The notes under the pieces are model-generated. The model searched no databases and had not been told where the DNA came from. It saw only the letters and a program-made list of their open reading frames with translations. The position numbers and the translations under genes were made by a program. Below, one piece after another: positions 59,571 to 64,000 of a DNA stretch of 64,000 bases. The number at the start of each line of letters is the position of its first letter. The stretch's first letter is position 1. The stretch lies in the IMG/VR virus record IMGVR_UViG_3300035665_000001, positions 124,001-188,000 of that record; one strand, written 5' to 3'.

Positions 59571-60890
59571 TTATTTTTTTAAAATTAATGGGTTTTGACT
59601 ACCATATATTAATGCCGAATCAATATCCTCAATATCAAATGTTCTTTCACATTCATGACACTGATAACATTGTGATTTACATACAGATAATATTTTTTCT
59701 AATCTTATTCCTTTTTCAGTCATCCAAATATTATTATATAGATATTTTTCTTTAATTTCGGTGTAAATGTCGGGTGTTAAGTATCTATATTCATGATCAT
59801 CTGTTACTCGATTTAGTTTCCAGGTACTCATTGGAGCTGCTTCTAAATTATAAATATTTTCAAAGGTTTTGTCGATGATGATATAATCTTTTTCACCAGT
59901 CAAACCAAATTTTTTTGTTGCACTAACTGCTGCCGCACCAAATGTCCAGGCTAAATGAATGTTTTTATCTATTATATCCTGTTCACTGAAAGTTGAAAAA
60001 CTATCTAATCTACCCGAATATTTTAAAATATCTACATTTTCAAAATATTGGTCTTGTGTTTCTCTATGATTTGCTTCAATATTAACACCATTTCTAGGTA
60101 GTTGACCAAATATTGGATTTCTCCAATTGTTACATGTAAAATTGGCTAATGTTCTAAAATAATTAACACTGATCGATGAACCAATATCATCATGTTCCTT
60201 TTTAAAGGGGCATCTATACAAACATCCTTCAGTAACTAACAGTGATGTTTTTAATTGTTTTGCATTAGGATCTAATTCTTTTTTTATGGTATTATATTTA
60301 TCAATGATTTTCTTTGTTTTTTTAAGTTCTGGTATATTTCTATTATAGGATCTGTCTAATAATATGGTATCATATCCCAAACTGATAAATTCGACCACCT
60401 GTTGTGTATCTGAAACAATATGATTGACCGTGTTTTTCCAACGCATTTCTGGACATCTATGTTGTAATGCACCACTTCTTAATAAATGTGTCCAAGCAAT
60501 TGTACAACTTCTTAACCCTCTGTCATAAAAAGCACCAATCCAATCGAGAAATTGGTTTCCAATTTCAGGATTAGTTTGTAGTTCTTCAGGCACTTCTAAA
60601 GTGTTTAATGTCAAAGAAATTTGTACACCTGTTTCTTCTTGAATTTTAAATAAATTGTCTACCTGTGCATCTGTTGCTTCAACACCCATACAATTACCAT
60701 ATTTCTTTTTTGTACCATTACTTTCAAAATAGAAATATTTACCGAAATAAATGTCTTCAATTTCAGCCAATGTTTCTTTTGGTGTTTGTTTTATAAGAAG
60801 ATAAAAATGGTTGGGTGCATTTTCCATATGTAGTTCTGGATGTGCTATCGAAAATCTTTTTTTAAAATTTTGTGTCTGGGTATGTTCCAT
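59571..60890 (-). CDS. U32-peptidase-like (possible Fe-S) protein
   Basis: LTLN, NTVN, I.LDR..NRN, LLVTEGCLYRCPFKKEHD, DILKYSGR, C-terminal C..QC..CH.CE. Confidence 0.5.
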   Translation of the reverse strand: MEHTQTQNFKKRFSIAHPELHMENAPNHFYLLIKQTPKETLAEIEDIYFGKYFYFESNGTKKKYGNCMGVEATDAQVDNLFKIQEETGVQISLTLNTLEVPEELQTNPEIGNQFLDWIGAFYDRGLRSCTIAWTHLLRSGALQHRCPEMRWKNTVNHIVSDTQQVVEFISLGYDTILLDRSYNRNIPELKKTKKIIDKYNTIKKELDPNAKQLKTSLLVTEGCLYRCPFKKEHDDIGSSISVNYFRTLANFTCNNWRNPIFGQLPRNGVNIEANHRETQDQYFENVDILKYSGRLDSFSTFSEQDIIDKNIHLAWTFGAAAVSATKKFGLTGEKDYIIIDKTFENIYNLEAAPMSTWKLNRVTDDHEYRYLTPDIYTEIKEKYLYNNIWMTEKGIRLEKILSVCKSQCYQCHECERTFDIEDIDSALIYGSQNPLILKK

Positions 60891-60956
60891 AATTTTCGTT
60901 CCAATTTTAATTTGATATTATTATATTATTTTACATTAAAAATCATTTTCATGTGA

Positions 60957-61298
60957 TTAATGTTTGGTCATATCATGAAATTCTTTAATAGTAAACTCCA
61001 TTATTTCACCAGTTAAATCATTCCTTACAGTGATGATTGAATTTCCTTTTACACATTTACTCATTTGACGACTAGCTAAAAGAATAGATCTTTCAGAATT
61101 TTGAAAAAGATCTAACATTTCAAATTGATATGGTTTGATAACCTTTGCAAAATTAACAGGTCCATCGGATGTATTAATATCACAATAATAAGTAAACCGT
61201 TTTAATCCTGTTGGTCTTCTCATTAATCTAGCCATTTCCATAGTTTGTTCTAATGAAAGTGATATTTCCTGATTTGCTCTCCTAATATAATCTGCCAT
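60957..61298 (-). CDS. terL: Terminase large subunit piece 1: N-terminal extein (81 aa) plus 32-aa IntN
   Basis: PYQ..ML, SILLASRQMSK| followed by CVKGNSIITVRNDLTGEI..FTI.EF*; late motif at 61331. Confidence 0.88.
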   Translation of the reverse strand: MADYIRRANQEISLSLEQTMEMARLMRRPTGLKRFTYYCDINTSDGPVNFAKVIKPYQFEMLDLFQNSERSILLASRQMSKCVKGNSIITVRNDLTGEIMEFTIKEFHDMTKH

Positions 61299-61589
61299 AA
61301 TATGGTATCCTTTTGTTGTATGATTTATGCTATTTATTTTACATTTGATTTGGTGGTGTAATAATCTATATTTATAAGGTGTTAAAACATGATTATTATC
61401 TTATGGTGATAAATTCTATTTTAGATGATATTTTCTTTTTCTTTTTGCTGAAAGCAGATGTTATCCTCAAGGGAGCTTCTTAAAAAGAAGCTCCTCTTTA
61501 AGATTCTTTAATATCTATTCTTTAGGAAAATATTTTTCGTTTTTATACTATATTAATAAGGGGTTTTTTCGAGGGTGTTCAAAAAAATT

Positions 61590-61787
61590 CATTTTCTATT
61601 GGGAGAAATCAATTTTTTTTCATTTTCTATTGGGAGGAAATAACGAAAATTCATTTTCTATTGGGAAAGATTCAAATATCATTTTCTATTGGGAAGTTAT
61701 TTTTCATTTTCTAAGGTATAATAATATGTAAAATATTTCATTCTATTCTTTGAATGAAAATGAAAAATAACTTCCCAATAGAAAATG
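61590..61787. repeat. Iteron-like array (putative replication origin)
   Basis: CATTTTCTATTGGGA at 61590, 61621, 61652, 61680; partial at 61705; inverted copy at 61773-61787. Confidence 0.85.
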
Positions 61788-61792
61788 AAAAA

Positions 61793-62962
61793 ATGAAAAT
61801 AAATAAGCACAATTTTGAAATCAATAAACCCTCCGAACTATGTCAAGTAGTTTTTTTTGAAAATTATAAAAAAGGTATTTTTGCATACTTAACACCAACA
61901 CAAATTGACCTGATTAATATTTTATTTTATCAGGTTAAAAAAGAGATATTAACTGATAAAACATCAACCGATGATTTAGATAGTATAATTATGGTAGATA
62001 TTGAATTGACTGAAATTCACAGAATGTTAAATTATAAGTATAATAAGGATAGTGAAGCCTTACTAAATTACCTCTATGAGTTAAAGAAAGTTGATGTTAT
62101 GGTTAATACTTTAGGTAAAGTAAAAGACAGAATTGATTATAAACTAACATCAATAATCCATACACTAGAATGGTCAAAACATAAGAATATTTTAGATAAG
62201 AAAATAAAAATTGGTATAGACCGAGATATTATTCTATCTTTCATTGATAGAAAGGATTATTTTGCAAAGATGCATCTTTCATTACAATTATCAATGGTTT
62301 CAAAATATTCTAAGTTGTTATATGAGATATTGAAAGATTACGCTGGACTAAAAACGATTACTGTTGATTTTGGAATATTATTACCATTACTAAATGTTAA
62401 TTTTGAAAATACTAGGAATGGTGAATGGTCTATGTTTAATCAAAACATTTTAATGAAATCGGTTAATGAAATCAATGAAAAATCTGATATTGTAGTTTCT
62501 TATGAAGCGATTAAAGAAAAACCAGAAGGTGGTAGATTGCAAGTAACTAAAATAAAATTTACTATTGAAAAACAACCAGAAATAAGATTGTGTGAATTGG
62601 GTTTAATTCCACCAAGAATTGATAATAATAAATTTTATAATAAATCAAAAACTAAACTAGATAAATTGATTAGTAGTGGTTATAAAGTTATTGATGAGGA
62701 AAAATGGATTGAAACAGATATTACCAATAATGAAGAAAGATATGATGCAGAAATGCGTGTAGATATGTGGTTGAAAAGCACACCACGAGAAGATAGAAAT
62801 AAGATTTATGAATTACTTGCAACAAATTTAGATGAATGTCATGAGCAATTTATCACCATTGAAGGCTATTTAATTAAAGGTATTTTTTCAAATGAAGCCT
62901 ATACTAAGAATCCAATGGAAACTATTGCTGTTATGAATGATTTTTTGAGCAAAATAACATAA
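61793..62962 (+). CDS. Rep3/RepB-type plasmid replication initiator
   Basis: LT..Q..L...L, SKYSKLLYEILKDY, FNQ.IL..SV.EINEKSDI.V.Y, GR...I.F.I; start may be 61754 or 61793. Confidence 0.82.
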   Translation: MKINKHNFEINKPSELCQVVFFENYKKGIFAYLTPTQIDLINILFYQVKKEILTDKTSTDDLDSIIMVDIELTEIHRMLNYKYNKDSEALLNYLYELKKVDVMVNTLGKVKDRIDYKLTSIIHTLEWSKHKNILDKKIKIGIDRDIILSFIDRKDYFAKMHLSLQLSMVSKYSKLLYEILKDYAGLKTITVDFGILLPLLNVNFENTRNGEWSMFNQNILMKSVNEINEKSDIVVSYEAIKEKPEGGRLQVTKIKFTIEKQPEIRLCELGLIPPRIDNNKFYNKSKTKLDKLISSGYKVIDEEKWIETDITNNEERYDAEMRVDMWLKSTPREDRNKIYELLATNLDECHEQFITIEGYLIKGIFSNEAYTKNPMETIAVMNDFLSKIT

Positions 62963-62997
62963 ATAAACATATTAAAATAATAAAAAGGTATTCACAT

Positions 62998-63513
62998 ATG
63001 GCTGACGAAAAACTTAGTGCAAAATTTGCAAAATATTGTGGAGAAGGCAAACTTACCATGGTTAAAAAATATATTGCTGATAAAAATGTCGATGTTAATT
63101 GGAATATGAGTTCACCATTAACAAAAGCAGTTAAATATGATAAAATTGAAGTTGTGAAACTTTTACTATCTGACCCTCGATTACAAACCGATTTTGAGAA
63201 TAAAAAAGAGTTGCGTGGATCGTTAATGTATAATAACCCACCATTAGTTTTAAATAATGTTATTATCAATCCATTTACTGAGGCAATGTTTACTAAAAAG
63301 TATGATATTCTCGATTTATTTTTATCAGATGGTAGATTTACAACTAATCGAACTGAATATTTGGATATTTTATTAAAAATTGATGATGATGAATTGAACA
63401 ATTACTTTAAAAAAATTCCAGGGTTTAAAGAATATGCTGTTTCCAAAGTTAAAGAAAACAATGATTATGTTAAGATAATTTCTAAATCTGTTGCATCCAT
63501 TATGATGTTTTAA
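62998..63513 (+). CDS. Ankyrin-repeat protein with divergent terminal tag (ISKSVASIMMF)
   Basis: C.EGKL.MVK, VDVN...SPL..AV......VVKLLL.DPR; late motif at 62959. Confidence 0.75.
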   Translation: MADEKLSAKFAKYCGEGKLTMVKKYIADKNVDVNWNMSSPLTKAVKYDKIEVVKLLLSDPRLQTDFENKKELRGSLMYNNPPLVLNNVIINPFTEAMFTKKYDILDLFLSDGRFTTNRTEYLDILLKIDDDELNNYFKKIPGFKEYAVSKVKENNDYVKIISKSVASIMMF

Positions 63514-63605
63514 GAGTTTAACCACTAACTATTTGAATAATGAAATATCTAGTTTTTTGAAGTGGTGAGGATAAATAATTAAAACAAAAATATATAGGGG
63601 AAAAT

Positions 63606-64000
63606 ATGCGTATATTAGATTTAATTTTGGAATTCCAATTTGAAGAATTAGCTCAAGCATTATTTGAAAAAACAGGTGATGGTAAGAATGCAACAGTTGT
63701 CGCATGGGCTAAAAAATTAGATATGACTTATGAAGAATTACATAAAGTATGGGATAAATCTAAAAAAATAGCAAAAAGTGATACTGATTATGGTTTGATT
63801 ATGACTATTTTTAAAAGACAGGTTACCTCACTTAAAGGCGTAACTAAAAAACAACTTAAAGATGGTGGCGATGCTAAATTTAATTATAAAGTTAGAACAC
63901 AACAAACAATAGATCAGTTATTAGACGATAAACCTGCACCAAAATCCACAAATCGAGTTGAAGTTAAAAAAGCAGCAGTAAAACTTAAAAAAATTAGTCA
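63606..64000 (+). CDS. Putative late/virion protein, 3'-truncated
   Basis: ATG 63606 (MRILDLILEFQFEE...) open to the window end; late motif at 63571. Confidence 0.6.
   Translation, partial: MRILDLILEFQFEELAQALFEKTGDGKNATVVAWAKKLDMTYEELHKVWDKSKKIAKSDTDYGLIMTIFKRQVTSLKGVTKKQLKDGGDAKFNYKVRTQQTIDQLLDDKPAPKSTNRVEVKKAAVKLKKIS

Noticed and set aside
46111-60956. Intron joining the terL pieces
   Set aside because: The gap is 15 kb of genes on both strands, and the protein ends carry complementary intein halves
61590-61716. CRISPR array
   Set aside because: Repeats are 15 bp with only 10-16 bp between them, sit next to a rep gene, and no cas genes are present; iterons fit better
62931-63401. 156-aa minus-strand ORF
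   Set aside because: Antisense to the ankyrin gene; no RBS or recognisable motif
1-64000. Stop-codon reassignment as the cause of fragmented genes
   Set aside because: Standard code gives dense full-length ORFs, and the fragments are followed by unrelated genes rather than in-frame continuations
1-64000. tRNA or rRNA genes
   Set aside because: No cloverleaf or rRNA-like stretch recognised by eye; a tRNA scan would be needed to exclude them

Overview
A 64-kb, very AT-rich segment of a large T4-like (myovirus-type, probably jumbo) phage genome, read in standard genetic code. Evidence: gp25/gp53-like baseplate genes, T4-type terminase motifs, a gp23-like capsid paralog, many tail-fibre/LamG adhesins, thyA/folA, RNase HII and recurrent (T/G)ATAAATA late promoters. 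Main result: core genes are in pieces. The large terminase is encoded as at least three separately expressed fragments joined by two atypical split inteins with about 32-33 aa IntN halves. Piece 1 is at 61.3 kb. Piece 2 (IntC-extein-IntN) is 15 kb away at 46.1 kb. Piece 3 is not in the window. There is also a stand-alone split-intein IntC/gp41-like helicase C-terminal piece, a half NAD-dependent ligase, and a thyA with an in-frame HNH-type nuclease and no intein motifs. Other candidate systems: (i) 8-9 unrelated ankyrin/helical-repeat proteins under late promoters that share a C-terminal LPEK(I/L)xN(L/I)FF tag; (ii) modular receptor-binding proteins with shared N-terminal peptides (MIKDIILG, MVDSIFKK); (iii) about 47-bp IS200/IS605-type scars abutting late promoters; (iv) a Rep3-type initiator with iterons, suggesting a phage-plasmid lifestyle; (v) a degenerate REC-HD-GYP protein and other possible counter-defence genes. 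All calls rest on motif recognition by eye; no database searches were run.
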